Of a stretch of DNA of 64,000 bases, positions 12,651 through 29,163 are shown one piece after another. Positions within the stretch are counted from its first letter, which is position 1; every line of letters begins with the position of its first letter. Origin of the DNA: Rhizodiscina lignyota (lineage: Eukaryota); contig ML978132.1 of the NCBI GenBank assembly GCA_010015805.1, forward strand, positions 620,001 through 684,000, given 5' to 3'. Made by a program: the position numbers and the translations under genes. The notes under the pieces were generated by a model. It made no database searches, was not told the origin of the DNA, and saw only the letters and a program-made list of their open reading frames with translations.

Positions 12651-15600
12651 GAGGCTATCAGCACAAAGGCTAGAAGACCGAAGACCGAAGGAACAGTTCA
12701 CTTTGCTCGCACTGAATCGCAAGCTCACAACTTACTCGAGATCAAGCGTCCGTACCTACATACAAACGGCGGAAGGAAAACCTTATCGGCTAAGCGAAGG
12801 CCTTGTCCATCTCGTACCTGTTTCATGAGCATGTCGCTCAATGTACCTGTATCAGTTATTCTCCGCACGCGCTAGGTGGTAAGCGGAGTGGCGGCCCACA
12901 GGCGGAACGCGAAGCCGCTGGCCGAAAACGGGCCGTCGTCCGCCAGGAGCGCATGGGCTTATCGAGAAGTAGGCAGTCAGTAGGGGAGGAGGCAGGCCTC
13001 CTTGCTGCATGCACGTGTCTTTGCTAAGTCGCTGGGCCCATGAATAGTCGAATTGGTAATGGCGTAAGGAGGAATACACTTCAGCCATGTGGAAGGCCAT
13101 GGGGCCTCGCAAGGCAGGGGAGCGCACGTATTCTCCGGGCCTCGCACTCGCAAATGAATGGACGCTGAAACTAGCGCTGCACAATGACCATCTGGACTGG
13201 CGAGGTCGCTTGCGACTCGTGAGTTGCGCACACAGCCCGACCGTATTGCGTTGCACGCATGCACCGCGCTTGTTTCTGACAAGACGAGGTGTGGAGTTCG
13301 GCGAGTTTATGTGTCGCAGGTTGGCTGATACAGGGCAGCGAGCAGCTCGCCAACCTGTTTCCGGCGGAGGCGGAGCAGGTTCGACGTGCAGATGGGCTTG
13401 GGGTTTCTGAGCTCATGACGTGCCAAAATCGCCGTCGTATATGCATGTCAAAGAGTGCTGTCGTCACGGTTGCGAGTCTTGAGACTGCTGGCTGGAGGAT
13501 TGACGATTTGCTAACCCGTTGGAGGTGTTGGATGTTGGGCAGACGGGTTTGAGGACGGTGCACGATCCGTCGGAGCTAGCGGAAAGCGTAATCGGAGAAT
13601 TTTGTTCAGGCAATTCGATTGCTTCTTCGAGAGGATGGGCAGAGCGATCACGATGAAGAGACTGATTCCTGATCAACAACTTGCGGGTGACATTCATCCA
13701 GCATCGAAGGGCCAAGGGTCATCGTGATTGACTGCCGGGGCGAGTGAGCGACCACGCAATCTTGCAAGGTTGCGCTGACCCTCAGAGTTGGACAGACGCA
13801 GTAAGGATTTCCTCCAGTGTTGGCTGTGATGAAATTTGCAAGCCAAACTTCCGCCTACTAGAAATTCGCGGTTTAAATTCAGGAGAGGAAGACAGAGCGT
13901 ATCGATAGCCATGCGGGAAAATGGAGTGTCACACCCAATCGATACTAGCCGAAGAGCCTCAGCACTGTCCAGCAGCACGAACGCGCGCGCATAGCAGTGA
14001 TGGAAAAGTGCGTCCCGGTGATGGAAGTGTGATGGCCGAAGATCCGGAAGGGAGAGCGACGGCTAGATAGGCCCCCGTGAATAATTAATACCGCCCTATT
14101 AAGCGCCTAGCAGGCGGCCCATAAGCAGAAAGAATTCGAATTTGCGCGAGTGAGTGGAGGAGAGCGCACCGAGTGCGCTGCGTGTCAAGCGCTCAATCGC
14201 TGGCAGCTGATGTCGAAGTGGGCCACTGGACAAGACATTTTCCACCTTGCTCGCAGCGGCCCGCTGGGTCATTCCCTCCACTCGCCATGAGCATCGTTGA
14301 ACGGCAGAGCGGCGTGATTGGCGATGCTTATTGCAGATTTAGATTGAGCGCCGCCTCGTGGCCAATGGCCAGAGCATCCTCGCGCGACTGGGTTTCAACG
14401 TGCAGCGCCGGCCAATGGGCGGGCGGGCGCGTCGGGAGCACTATGTTTTGCCTCTTCGCAGCCGTTCCTGAGGCATTCGTTTCAGAGTGTGCTGTCGCCG
14501 ATCAAACAGCGCCATCGAGCGGCATGCCTGCAGAGCTTGTCGCTGCTTGCAAGCCACTGCCCACTCCCCACTCACCTCTCCCCAGAGAAAGACTTGCTCC
14601 GGCTGCTGCAAGGTTCGTGCCTCGAGCGACCGGCCTTCGACTTTCCCTTTCCATGACTCGCCCTCGACGTGCAGGTTCTTTGAGCTTTGCGGCAAGCTCG
14701 CATCCAGGCATTGCTTCTTGAGTAAGTGGCAGTGGCTTTATTACTCGTTCGTGAACTTGAACTGGCCAATTTCTCGGCATTTACCAGTATCGACGACGAT
14801 TCGGGCCTATTTGCGTTTAGAAGGCCTGCCGCAGGAGCTCACTTGCAAGGCATGCCTCTTCCTACCCGTCAGCAGATCCGCCAGGCGCAAGTGTAAGACA
14901 CTGCATAGCCGTCCGTCTAAATGGAGAAGACGTGAAATGGCAGCGAGGGCAAGCGAATCAGCATTATATCTTGCGCTTTGCGTTCCCGAATGGACGACAG
15001 TTGAAATGCCGCAATGCGAACGCACTGTGACCATCCGCACTCTGCACCTATAAGGCTGCACGAGTCAAGGAAACAAAGGGCAGAAGCTTAATCGAATTAT
15101 GCATCAATGATCAAGGAAACATTTCGTCCGCCATCCCTGCGGCAAAGAGTGGCTTTGGGCTCACGCAGCAGCACGTAGGTACAGCTGCACAATGACCTGT
15201 AAGGTGGGCTGCACGGAGGAGTGTACAGGTGGTTGGAGATGGAGTAAGCCAGCCAGTGCAGTTGATGACGACTGCTCTCGACGACTAGTCTTCCCAGGGC
15301 TGATGCAGACGAGCAGATGACCTCCAGGTGGGATAAATAGCTGGATGTCGCTTCTGGCACGGTGGCAATGCTGCCGAGGAGTGGAGTGGGTACTGCAAGG
15401 TCAACACTCCACGCCCGTTCTGGTAGGTACAGCAAAGTCGGCGTGAAAGGGAGATGTGTGGGGAAGGCAGTGGAACGTTCATCACTGCTTTTGGCAAGCA
15501 CTGGATTTGATCAGACATTTATTGCTCGACCGTCCTGACCAGTGCTGAGCTCGCCCACGCTGCGGAGCGTGCTCCGTTGTTGTCATTCTTGAGTGCGGCA

Positions 15601-16556
15601 GTCCATATCTGGCCTTCCCAACGCGGAAAGCATGATGGGCGAGATGTCGAAAAAGCAGCGCCCTCAGCTCGACCGGCGGCAAGGAGTGGATACGAAGAGC
15701 ATCGAATTCCTCCGCTCCATCATCCACACACGCGCTGAGCACGGGGCCCTCCACCCTGGCTGGCAGCGTTGCTTGCACCCCGAATCGAGCATCCCTCGCT
15801 GCTGCCCGCTACGCGCTGCGGTGCGGTTTGTCGCTTGTTTCCGCTGGAATCGCGGGCGTCACCATCACTCTCCGGCTCTGGCAAGTGGAATGCGCGCGTG
15901 CCGGCGGCGTGGTCTGCTCGCCAGGGTGCTCTCGATGGCAGCAGAGTTTGCGGGCTGGTTGGCCGTGCGGTGCTGACTCTGGCGGGCGTGCGTCGCCCAG
16001 AATAGCCTCCTGCTCCCTGCCTCGCGCTTGGCCGTTCGCGGTGCTAGCGCGGCTTGGCGGGCGGCCAGTGTGCGCAGTGTTTCAAGTGGCTGGCGGCCCC
16101 GGCAGCTCTCTAACATTCTAAGTCTAAAACCGCTGCCCTCCTCCGCCGCGACGCTCACGCCTGTTTCGAGTCTTCCCACCCGCCTTCACCACCTCCCACT
16201 CCCACTTTACCCGTACCGCGCAGACAAGAGAGCAGCGCTGCCACGGTCGGCGCTCTTCTTCGACGCTCTTCTCGATTGATTTCGAGACAGGTACAGCATC
16301 AGGAGGCCGGCCCCCCGACTGCGTTTCCCTTCTGCCCTCCGACCGCCGCGACCACCTCCCTCACCTCTGCCCTTCCGCGCTCCGCCGTTTGCTCGTTTGA
16401 CGTCCAAGCATTCGCTTCCAACGCTTGCTACGCTTCATATCAGGCCGCTCCAACCTGGCAGGACCCGTTGCCTTCGCCCTCAATTCATTTCATCGCGTCT
16501 GACGCCCACGCAAACCCGTTGCACCACGTTTTAAGCCCTCATTCTCGCGGCACATC

Positions 16557-19039
<2,483 letters not shown>

Positions 19040-19850
19040 TCTCATTATGGCGCCGTTCAACTGGTTATGATACCACCGACGCTGTCGGGAAGACTGAACT
19101 GATACCTGCTTCGATTCACTGATTCATATTTTCGCTGAAACAATTTTTCCTTCTCTTCTGCTTTTTTTCTCTTTTTGTGGAACATCTGCATAGATCTCCT
19201 TTGTTCGCAAAGGCGCACTTCTACGACCCCATGTCAACGAGCTAAACGACTACACCAAAACTGACTGCTGTTGCTGCTCGCGCGTCACCTCACGCTCCTT
19301 CATGATCTCCTTCATTCTGCGGGTGTGTTTTTGCCGTGAACGAGGCGTTTTGTCTTCTTCTGCACTCTGCTTTGAAAAGCATTTGGATGGCGATAAGCAT
19401 TTGCTTCTTGTCCTTTTTCCGGTCTTCATCTGACCGCTCTCCTATCTGCATTCTGTCCCGCGGAAAGTTAGAGCGAATTCAAACTGTCCATGGCACAGCG
19501 CGCGCGGGTGGGGTTTCTCTCGAAACGATGAGACGAGTGTCGGCTGATGGGTAGCGCAGCGCAGGCGATGGGGAAATTGGGAATATCATGGGTGGCACAA
19601 AGTCTGCGTGCATGGGCTTTTACTTTCTCTCCTGACTGTAACATAAGCTTCGTACCGTACAAATGAGCTCGACATCTTCTCAACATCTCGTCTGAACATT
19701 GATTTTGATTTCATGCAAGCATCGACCTACAAACTTCCGTCGACCATGTCAACGTTGGTGTGGTATATTCTAAGCATTCATGGCTTCCTTGATAGCACAT
19801 GCCTCATCATACTCGCTCGTACATTCCGGCTACATCTTCTCAAGCCATTC

Positions 19851-20897
19851 CTATCTCCTCCTCTTCCCGCTCCCCTGTATACTCGCCACATCCCTCTTAC
19901 TCAAAGTCAGCGTCCCGCCCTTGAACTTCCCCACCCCAGGCGCCCCGACGCCTCTCTCCCTCTTCGCCCCGGTACTAGAGCCTTTCTTCCCCACCGCCCT
20001 CTCCAAAACCACGCCCATCTCCTTCGCCTCCCTCCTCCTCCGCTCCTCCATCTCCTCCCTCTTCTTCGCGATCCCCTTCCGCTGCGCCAGCGGCATGCTC
20101 TTCTGGTGCTTCAGCCCCATATGCGGCTTCCCGCCCAACGAGAGGAAGTGCAGGTCGTGCGCGGCGTGGCGCGCCGCGCCGATTGCTGCCAGCGCGCCTG
20201 CTCCGTTGGTGTTGGCTGGGTTTGAGGGGCGCGAGTGTAGGGAGGGCGTGCTGGAGGGGTAGAAGGTTGATGATGATGAGGGTGTGGTGGAGAGGAGGTG
20301 CGATTCGCGGAGGAGGCGCTGGAGGGAGGCGTCGTTTTGCAGGTTTGTGCTCTCGTCGTCTGTCGAGTCGGCGTCTTTTGAATTCGAGAGGAGGGGGTCC
20401 TTGGGCGCGGAGGGGATCTTGGAGGACTGGTGGGGATTGTTAGAAAACATGTCGTATTTCTTTCGTCTGGCAGGACTGAGATTAAGTGCCAAACTCACCA
20501 TGAACGCCCTCGCCTCCGCCTTGCTCGTCCGGTTCCTCAATTCCGCCTTTCTCAATTCCGGGATTGAACTGCTCATGTGCTCCACAACTTCCACCCTCTC
20601 CACCTCCTCTACCTCGCTATCCTCCGCATCAGACGAAAAGCCATCCCATTCCGAATACTCCTCGTCGTCCCCATCCGCGTCTTCTAACAGCTCCTCTACC
20701 ACCTCCGTCCTCGCCTCCTCCTTCGTTTTTTTCTTCGTTGAGCCGAGGGGTTTAAATCGCGCCTCAAACGCGCGCTGGAAAATCGCGCGCACGTCCTCGC
20801 CGTCTGAGAGGTCCGACGTTGACGCGTCGCTGGCGGGGAGGTCTTTGCGCGCAGGGATAGCGGTGTGGCGCTTACGCTTTCCCAGGGATATCGCCAT
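19851..20897 (-). CDS. FAF1: Faf1-like 40S pre-rRNA processing protein
   Basis: MAISLGKRKR, IFQRAFEARFKPL, NLQNDASLQRLLRESHLL, MPLAQRKGI and GVGKFKGGTLTLSKRDVASI. Probable stop-free 72-nt intron 20427-20498. Confidence 0.8.
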   Translation of the reverse strand: MAISLGKRKRHTAIPARKDLPASDASTSDLSDGEDVRAIFQRAFEARFKPLGSTKKKTKEEARTEVVEELLEDADGDDEEYSEWDGFSSDAEDSEVEEVERVEVVEHMSSSIPELRKAELRNRTSKAEARAFMVSLALNLSPARRKKYDMFSNNPHQSSKIPSAPKDPLLSNSKDADSTDDESTNLQNDASLQRLLRESHLLSTTPSSSSTFYPSSTPSLHSRPSNPANTNGAGALAAIGAARHAAHDLHFLSLGGKPHMGLKHQKSMPLAQRKGIAKKREEMEERRRREAKEMGVVLERAVGKKGSSTGAKRERGVGAPGVGKFKGGTLTLSKRDVASIQGSGKRRR

Positions 20898-21090
20898 TGT
20901 ATCCCTTTGTTGGGTTTGTACGACGAAGTGGTCGTGTGAGGAATTTCGTCATTCCAATTCCAGATGCCTGGTCCAAAAATATGTTGCGGAACTTCCCGCA
21001 TATCGAGATTTATACGTCTTCGTCAAGTACCCCCACCACCATTCCGTCTCATCTCACGACGACGAGCACCACCACCAATTGACTCTCAGA

Positions 21091-22018
21091 ATGACCGTTT
21101 TCCGGCCCTGCATCGATCTACATGCTGGCGCGGTGAAGCAGATTGTCGGCGGTACGCTCTCATCCACCGCGCCCGACGCATTACAAACGAACTTCGTGTC
21201 AGAGAAGTCGGCGGGGTATTTCGCGGCTCTGTATAAAGAGCATGGACTCAGTGGCGCGCATGTCATAATGCTGGGGCCGGGTAATGAGGATGCGGCGAGA
21301 GAAGCGTGCGAGTGCTGGAGGGGAGGGCTGCAGGTTGGTGGGGGGATTAATGATGGGAATGCGAGGAGGTGGATTGAGTGGGGGGCAGAGAAGGTTAGTT
21401 GTGAATTTGCTCCTGGGGGAGAGATGGCAGATGGGGCATGGGTAATTGGTACTAGATATATGCTGACGGATGGATCAGTAGGTGATAATTACGTCCTACC
21501 TCTTCCCCGACGGCAAGTTCTCTCTCGAGCGGTTACAAGCGGTGCTGAAGGCACTCGACGACGACAAGGAGAAGCTCGTCATCGACCTGAGCTGCAGAAG
21601 GAAAGGAGATACGTGGTTCGTGGCGATGAATAAGTGGCAGACACTCACAGATATGGAGCTCAACCAAGGTCAGTCCGGACAAATTTTGGTAGCTGTCTGT
21701 CGGTAGATATGTAGCTGACGGTACACAGAGTCAATATCAATGCTCGAGCCATACTGCGCCGAATTCCTAATCCACGCTGCGGACAATGAAGGGCTCCAAC
21801 GAGGTATCGACCACGAATTGGTGGAGAAGCTCGCGCAGTGGTGCTCGATACCTGTCACGTATGCTGGCGGTGGAAAGAGCCTAGAAGACCTGGATACCGT
21901 GAAGCAATTAAGTAACGGGAAAATCGACCTTACCATTGGCAGTGCGCTGGACATCTTTGGTGGGAAGGGAGTAAAGTTCGAGGACTGCGTGGCTTGGAAC
22001 CAGAAGCAGGCAAGATGA
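21091..22018 (+). CDS. HIS6: ProFAR isomerase (histidine biosynthesis)
   Basis: [48 protein letters not shown] and [13 protein letters not shown]. Introns about 21394-21481 and 21669-21730. Confidence 0.97.
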
Positions 22019-22175
22019 TGAATTCTGGAAGATTTGTACGATCATCAGGGGGAATTTCAGCCATATCGGAGCGCTCATGTTATCTACAACGACGCGCATC
22101 GCTGTGTGCAGTCCATATACCCAGGAGAATCCAAATGTCGCTAAAATGCCGTAAAACGTCTCAGTCCATCACGTC

Positions 22176-23290
22176 CTAATCTAGAGCGGGCGGTGCAGGT
22201 GAATTGGCCCCTCTCGGCTTCGCCTTGTCCTTCTTCCCGCTCTTCATCCCTCCCATCAGCATATTGCCCATCATGTCAAACAGCGGATTGCTCTGGCTCG
22301 GAATCTTAATCCCAAAATACATCTCGCCTATCTGCGCCAGCGCCTCGTCCCACGCGCCCCCCAACTCCTTCAAGTGCGCGGCATAGTGCGTCTTCAGCAT
22401 GCGGAATAAACTCGCCTCGCCCCGCTGCACGGCGAGCAGCAACAGCCCGAGGAAGTTGAGTAAGGGGAGGGTCGGGTAGACGCGCAGGTCGGACGAGGAC
22501 GAGGATACTTCTTGCACCACGGGGCCGGGCGTGGAGGAGGAGAGGCGCGAGGTAAATAAAAGAAAGGCCTTGTTGGCCGCGCGCAGGTTGCCCGTCAGCA
22601 GGTAGGGCAGGACGGCGCGCGAGACGTAGACGGGCGCGGTTTGCGATTCGTCTTCCGTGTACCAGTCGTACTCCATGCGCGCGAGGTATTCAGGTGAGTC
22701 CTTGGTGCCGAGGATGAGATGGCGTTCTGCATCGTACGGCTCGTCCTCTGCGATTCCCCTCAATTAGCATAATCGTCTTCCAATGTAAAAGTGGGACTGT
22801 AGATTAGTATCGTACTCACCATCAGCATATAACACCCCCGCCACATGATGCAGCTCCGGATCGCCCGCCGGATACTCGCCCAGCCTTGCGCTCCACGCGA
22901 TCATCTCGTTGACAAACTTCTTCTTCGTCGGCTCGTTCTTTGGAAACGCCCTCAGCACGCTCAAGATGCGCGCCTTGCTCGCCGCGTCGGGCTTCACCTC
23001 CGCCTTGTTGTACACGTCGAGCATGTACATCGCTAGGTCGCCGCCGCTGCCGCCCTGCCCTGCCTTGAGCAGCAGCTGCGCACCCGAGGAGAGGATTTCG
23101 ATGGCTGAATCATGCTGCGAGGATTTGGTGTAGCGTGACGCGATGACGCGGAGTTGTTGGTGGGCCTCGTAGAATTGGCCTTCTTTGACTCTGGTGGGGA
23201 GAGGTTAGCAAGTCGTGTGTGAGGCTGACGAACTGGGCGGGTGTACTTCTCTTGCTGTCGCGCAATTGTCTTTTCGATTTTGCTCGACAT
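22176..23290 (-). CDS. GET4: GET complex subunit Get4
   Basis: FYEAHQQLRVIASRY, GQGGSGGDL, GEYPAGDPELHH, YDAERHLILG and IGEMYFGI..QSNPLFDMMG; two introns. Confidence 0.93.
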
Positions 23291-23998
23291 GGTGGCAAGG
23301 CTGATGGGAAAGTGAGGAGAGATTGGAGAAGCTGTGAGAAATGGGGATTTGTGACGTTACTCTCGAGTCAAGAGTGGGGCGGCACACCTCCGCGTGGAGA
23401 TCGTCAGTGTTGTTGCAGACACCCAGTAATACATGTGGTCTAGACGAGCTACTAATTCGCCCAGATGTTTGCACATTCTAATACGTGATGTGAAGTCCTC
23501 CCAAAGCACTCCATACATCGACTTCACCAAATACCGAGAAAGTCATCACTACTCAGGGTCTATATTGAATTCACCATGATTGTGATTTTTGTCTATCGCC
23601 CAGCCTCCCATCGAGACAGTAGCATTAAAGTACAAAGTATACTTGAAGAGTGAATCTGTTCCTTTGCTTTCACTAGTAGTTCGCCTACGCCGCCCCAATG
23701 ATTGAAATTTCTTTCCTTGGTATGCATCCTCTGCAAAAGAGAAAAAAGCCAGCACAATAGCTTCAGTGGCATCTGCCTGAAGGGGTCATGATAATCGGCC
23801 GACATCGTGTCTCTCTTCCTATCGTAATGCCTCCTGCTAGAGGAGGGAGAGCTGAACCCAGTCCGCCAGACCCCTGGTTTGTAACCACCTTCAATGCCAA
23901 CGCAAACGCCGTCCCAAGTTGAATGTCAAGGTATTGAAAGAAAATTTTGTTTAAGCTGAAGATATGGTTAGTTATTCGCTGTAAACAAGCTGCAATGC

Positions 23999-26900
23999 TC
24001 ATGACGTACCTGTGCCAGCAGCCATTGGCGTGCCAACACTGGAGATAGGTGCAGTGGAGTGGCCGTCAATGCCATCAAAGTTGTCATCAAAGTCGGCAAA
24101 CTCGGTATTCTCCGTCTCTTCGCGCAGACGATTGGTAACGGTTTGCTCGATCATGGTCGCATCTTGATACAAGAAGCTGCTGTCTTCATTGTACTGCCGA
24201 CAATTGTTGCACAGCGTCCTGAAGTCCTGATAGAACTCCTTCGTGCCCTGGTACTCCTTCTTGTTGATCTTCTTGGCGATCTGGTTGAGGCATATGGGTC
24301 TCTGAATGAGATGGTAGTAATCCGGATAGTCGTTGCGATCCGGCAGCTCCATGAAGGGGCCCGTGAGTTCGCGTATTCCGCCTTCCATCGGCTCTTCCAG
24401 GTCGAGAACGGTATCCCAGACGTCGTCCAGAATCTTCTGGAGCTTCTCCCGCTGGTCTGGAGAGAGAGTCTCAGCTACCTTGGCCTCCGCTTTCCGACCG
24501 CGCTTCTTGGGAGCAATGGGAGTGTCGTTATCTACAGAAACGGTGTCGGCTTTGCGTTTCATCGTCTCGGCCTTTGGCTTTCTGCCCCGCTTCTTCGGCT
24601 GTGGCTCCTCCGAGCTATCGCGAGATGGAACTGGCGAGGCGGCAGCACTGTAATCGGGGCCACCCTTCTTTGCCTTATTAGCCGCTCGGCGGGCTATCTT
24701 TGCCTCTTTACGAGCGACAGCAGCCTCGATTGTGTCCTCATCATTGTCGACAGCTTCAAGCCACTGCTCTTCCGTGAGGCCATCGTCGTACTTGACCCTC
24801 GTTCGTTCACGTGCACCACGGCCAACTGGCTCCTCAATTTCTTCGACAACGGGATTGTCGTCATTCATGTAGATATCAGGAAGTTCCTCTTCGCTAAAGA
24901 GACGGGGATACTTTTTGCCAGTGCCGTACTTGTCATTCTGGGCGCGCTCGCGGTCCATCTCGCGGAAGAGTACGAGTTCTTGTTCAGATCGCATCATGAT
25001 CACGTTCAGATCGTCGTCATCTTGCTCATCCTGGTCCATGCTCTCGGCTGCTTCTGCAGACTCCAACATGATCCTAAGCATCGCCTCTCGCTCTTCGTTT
25101 GTGGATTTGTTGTCGAATTTACCGGCTTGAATGACCTTGCCATCCATGTCGAGCTTGAAATTTGCACGCTCAAGAATCTTTTCTTCAACTGAGTTGGAGG
25201 TGATCAGTCTAAGAATACGGACCTCGTTCTTCTGTCCAATACGATGAGCACGATCCTGCGCCTGCAAGTCTTGGTGAGGATTCCAGTCAGAATCGTAAAT
25301 GATGACCGTATCAGCTGTCTGAAGGTTGAGACCGAGGCCACCGGCACGTGTTGAGAGCAAAAACATGAAATAAGGGGAGTCGGGCGCATTGAAGAGTCTG
25401 AGCAGCTCTGAGCGGTCCTCGGACTTGGTCGAACCGTCAAGACGGAGATAGCTGATGCCTCGAAGTCGCAAAAAGTCTTCCATGATGTTCATGATAGCGG
25501 TCATTTGGAAGAACATCAGGACACGATGGCCGGTAGCATGGAACTTCGGCAAAACTCGGTCGAGCAGTTCAAACTTGCCAGCCGTTCGCCACAGGGTGTC
25601 GTTTGTACCGCGGCCAGGGTTAATTTGATCTTCGACTTCCTCAAACACGAACGGATGATTGCAGAGCTTACGCAGCTGCATAAGCATGTTGCTCAGACCA
25701 CGCATACCAGTCTTGCCACCCTTGCCATCGCTGACAATGAGCTTGTTGTGGTTGACGAGCTGTTTGTACAACTTTGCCTGAAGAGCAGAGAAGTTGCACT
25801 TGATTACACGCTCTTGCTTGTCTGGAAGGTCCTTCTCGACATCCCTCTTCAGACGACGCAGCAAGAAGGGTCGAAGAACCTTGTGGAGACGACGGATGAT
25901 GAGCAGCTGCTCTTCTTCAGAAAGGTCCATCTTGTCTTGACCACCGGTGTTCGCAAACGGAGTATTGAACCATTCATCGAAAGATTTGACAGACTTGAAG
26001 ATGGTGGGAAGGACAAAGTTGAGTAGAGCCCACAGCTCAGGGAGGTTGTTCTGAAGCGGGGTACCAGTGAGAATGAGACGATACCGCGTTGTGTAGTACT
26101 GCGTGATCGTGCTGCTGAGTTTGGAACCGGCGTTTTTCATACGGTGACCCTCATCAACGATCATGTGCAACCACTTGACTTTGCTAAGGATAGGTCGATC
26201 CTTGATGATGAATTCATATGTGGTCAGGAGAACTTGGAATTGACCCCAACGGATTTGTTGTTGCTTGGTCTTTCGCTCATTCGGCGAGCCTTTGTAGACG
26301 ATGCGCTGGACAGTGGGTGCCCACTTCTCAAACTCGTTGTTCCAATTCGTAAGAGTGCTGAGGGGCACGATGACCAGGAATGGACCAGGCTGCTGCTTCT
26401 TCTCGATAAGGTATGTGATCAGTGAGATGGTCTGGATGGTCTTGCCGAGACCCATCTCGTCCGCCAGGATGCCGTTGAGGTTATTGTTATAGAGGGAGAT
26501 CATCCACTGCAAGCCCTTTACTTGGTACTCCTTGAGAGTGCCACCAACAAGGTTCGACGATTGTACCTTGACTTCCTCCTTGATACGATGGGCAACCTCA
26601 TAGTAGTCGACGCGCTTGCCATTGCGATCCTCGCCTTCGGAGTCGATGTCGGTCTCTTCATCTGATGATGGCTCGGAGGGCGTGCCAGGACCGGCATACC
26701 GATTCCTGCTGCTGCGCTGCTGTTCCTTGACTGACGCGGCAAGTTGCTTCAAGAAGCCGTCTGTCTGCTTCAACAAATGGGAGATACGAGTGTCCTTTGC
26801 TTGGCCAAGGAGCTTGAGATATGTTTCCTCGTCGTTTGCCCTGAGAGCTTGGAGACGCTGCTTGGCTGTACGTTCCACACGCTTCAGCTCCTCCTTCTCG

Positions 26901-28265
26901 ATCGTGACATGGGTTTGGACCATCATGCGACCAAGCTTCTGGACTCTCGCACGTTGTTCTGCTCCAGCCTTCATGATCTCGTCCTGGTGGCGAGTGATAG
27001 CCATGAGGAAATCTGTGTGCTTCTTCTTTTCCTTCGTCTCCCGCGCATCGCGCTGCTGCTTCTCTAATTTCTCGGTGATGCGAGCCTCACGAAGCGATTG
27101 CTTCTTAATGCGGCGGAACTGAGTGCGATTGGCGGTCATCGCGAGATTGTCGGCATGAAGCATTTCACGGCTGATCTGCTCACGAAGAGCGCGCTGCTTT
27201 GGCAATAGGCAAAGCATCTTATACTCGATGAGTGCCTTCAACTTCAGAGAACCATCGTCTTGCGGAGTGTCCTTCTTGCCAGTCTTCCAAGCGCCGATAT
27301 TCGCGGGAAGCTTCTCGAGCTCAGCTTTGCGGGCCTGAATCCTGTTGTAGACAATGTTCTCCCTCTCTTCGCGCCATCTCTCGATGTCAACGCCAACGGG
27401 CATGATGCTCGGGAGAATCTGCCTCTTTGCGCGCATGCTGTGATCAGCGTAGCTGATAGGGCCTCCGAGCATCTTGTAGGGATCTGTGAATGTCTCGTAG
27501 CCCCTCCGCTTCTCTGTTGACTTTGCATCATCGGTCTGCGCTTCTGCTGCTGTCGATTGGGTTGCATTGAGAGCCTGGTTGGCGGTATTGGCAACCTCTG
27601 CCGGCGTAGCGGACTGACGCATGCGTTGTGTAAAAAGTAACTGCTGAACATTTTCAGGTATGGGGAGATTTTTTGATAGGCGCTTGAAGGCAGTGATCTG
27701 TAAGCGCAGCATTTGTATCTGATCCGGGCTGAAAGAATGCGAGCTAGTGTCGCCAGCTGCCGAAGACGTGCCATTTTCTACAGATGGTGTTACGCCCGCT
27801 GCGCCGACTTGCGGCTGGACAGGAGAGCCAGCGGTCGCAGTGGCCGTAGGTGCGGCGGAGGCGTTCGCAGATGTGGAAGGCGCAGCCGCAGCGACGCCAT
27901 TGGTACCAGCGTGCGAAGAAACACCATTTTGTTGAGTTTGCGCCTGTGCTTGTTGTTGTGCTTGGCGCTGCTGTGCCAGCATTTGTTGTTGGCGCCATTG
28001 CGCCGATTGCTTCGCCATTTGAGAGCGTTGCTGAACGGCGGTGAGGAGTGTGCGGGCCTTGATAAACTCTGGATCATCTTCACGAACACCAGCAGCTTTC
28101 ATTTTTTGGTAATTCTAAGAGGTGTTAGCCAACGATTCGCGTTATATTGGTACATAGGTAGGTACGTACCTGGTAAGTCTGCTGGATCATTTCCTTCGTG
28201 ACGGTGGCGGGCAAGCCATTGTGGCCTGGCGCCGGAAAGCCTGGCGCGGATTGTACTGAAGCCAT
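23999..28265 (-). CDS. STH1: SWI/SNF-RSC ATPase (Snf2/Sth1/Snf21 type): QLQ, HSA, SNF2 helicase and bromodomain
   Basis: ILADEMGLGKT, DEGHRMKN, QAQDRAHRIGQ and bromodomain YPDYYHLIQRPICL. Exon 1 at 28170-28265, intron 28115-28169. Confidence 0.95.
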
Positions 28266-29163
28266 GTTGTTGACGTTTATGTGTGTGATGTTCCCTCTCC
28301 CAAACTTTTGATATTGATATCAAACCCCAAGCAACTACCGGCAGCCTCGCGTCTGTTCACCACCGAGACGGACGGGGGAAAGCTGACGCGACGCTGAAGA
28401 AAGAAAAGGCGGCAGGGTGTCGTGTCGAATGGGTGTGTTGCGCTCTATATCATCGTTGTCGAAAGTCGGCGCACGGGGAAGGCCGTGGGGAAGGGAGTTT
28501 TGATGGTTTGGCGATGGAAAATCGACCTGGTCGCGCTGGAGCGCAAACACGGGCGAGGCGGCCAAACGAGTGGTGGGAAAAGGGAGGCGGAGTGGGCGAG
28601 AAGCGGAATAGGCGCGTTGAGGCACGCGTTCGGATGTGTGTGAAGCGTGTACGGGATGGTTGAAGCGAAGTCCTGATGAAGGCAGCGAGGGGGGGTGGTG
28701 CTGCCGGGTGGAGGTCGCTGCGGTGTCGTTGCTGCTCGCTGAATGCCGAACGCTGACACGAAAAGGCGCAGGCGAAGGAGTTTTGCGCCGCACGGCCCAT
28801 GCTTGGCGGTCACGTGAAACCCGCGCTCTCTGATTGGCTGGCGCACGTCAAGTCTCCAACCACTCTTGAAGACCACAACCATAATCAGGACATGAAGTTA
28901 AGCAATGTGCAGCCAATGGCGAGCAGCTGTGCCTTTGCTCTTCCGTCGATTCCGCATACTCTCTACCGATGATGCTGCAAGAACAGGCCAGTTCCATTGC
29001 ATATTTTGGTATGGCGTCGCTGAATTCACCAGCGTTCTGTATCAGCTTTCACGGCATGTTCGCTATATGTCCATTCTTGCGCTATTCTATGGATCTTTAT
29101 TTGTTTAGAGCTCAACTCGTCGCTTGCAGATGATTGCCCCATTTTTGTTCGCTCTGCTAAAGT

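Noticed and set aside
20284..21633. 449-aa ORF apparently extending HIS6 at its N-terminus
   Set aside because: The upstream part is the antisense shadow of FAF1; His6 homology starts at ATG 21091 and the ORF end runs through an intron.
24059..25192. 377-aa plus-strand ORF
   Set aside because: Antisense shadow of the Snf2/Sth1 CDS.
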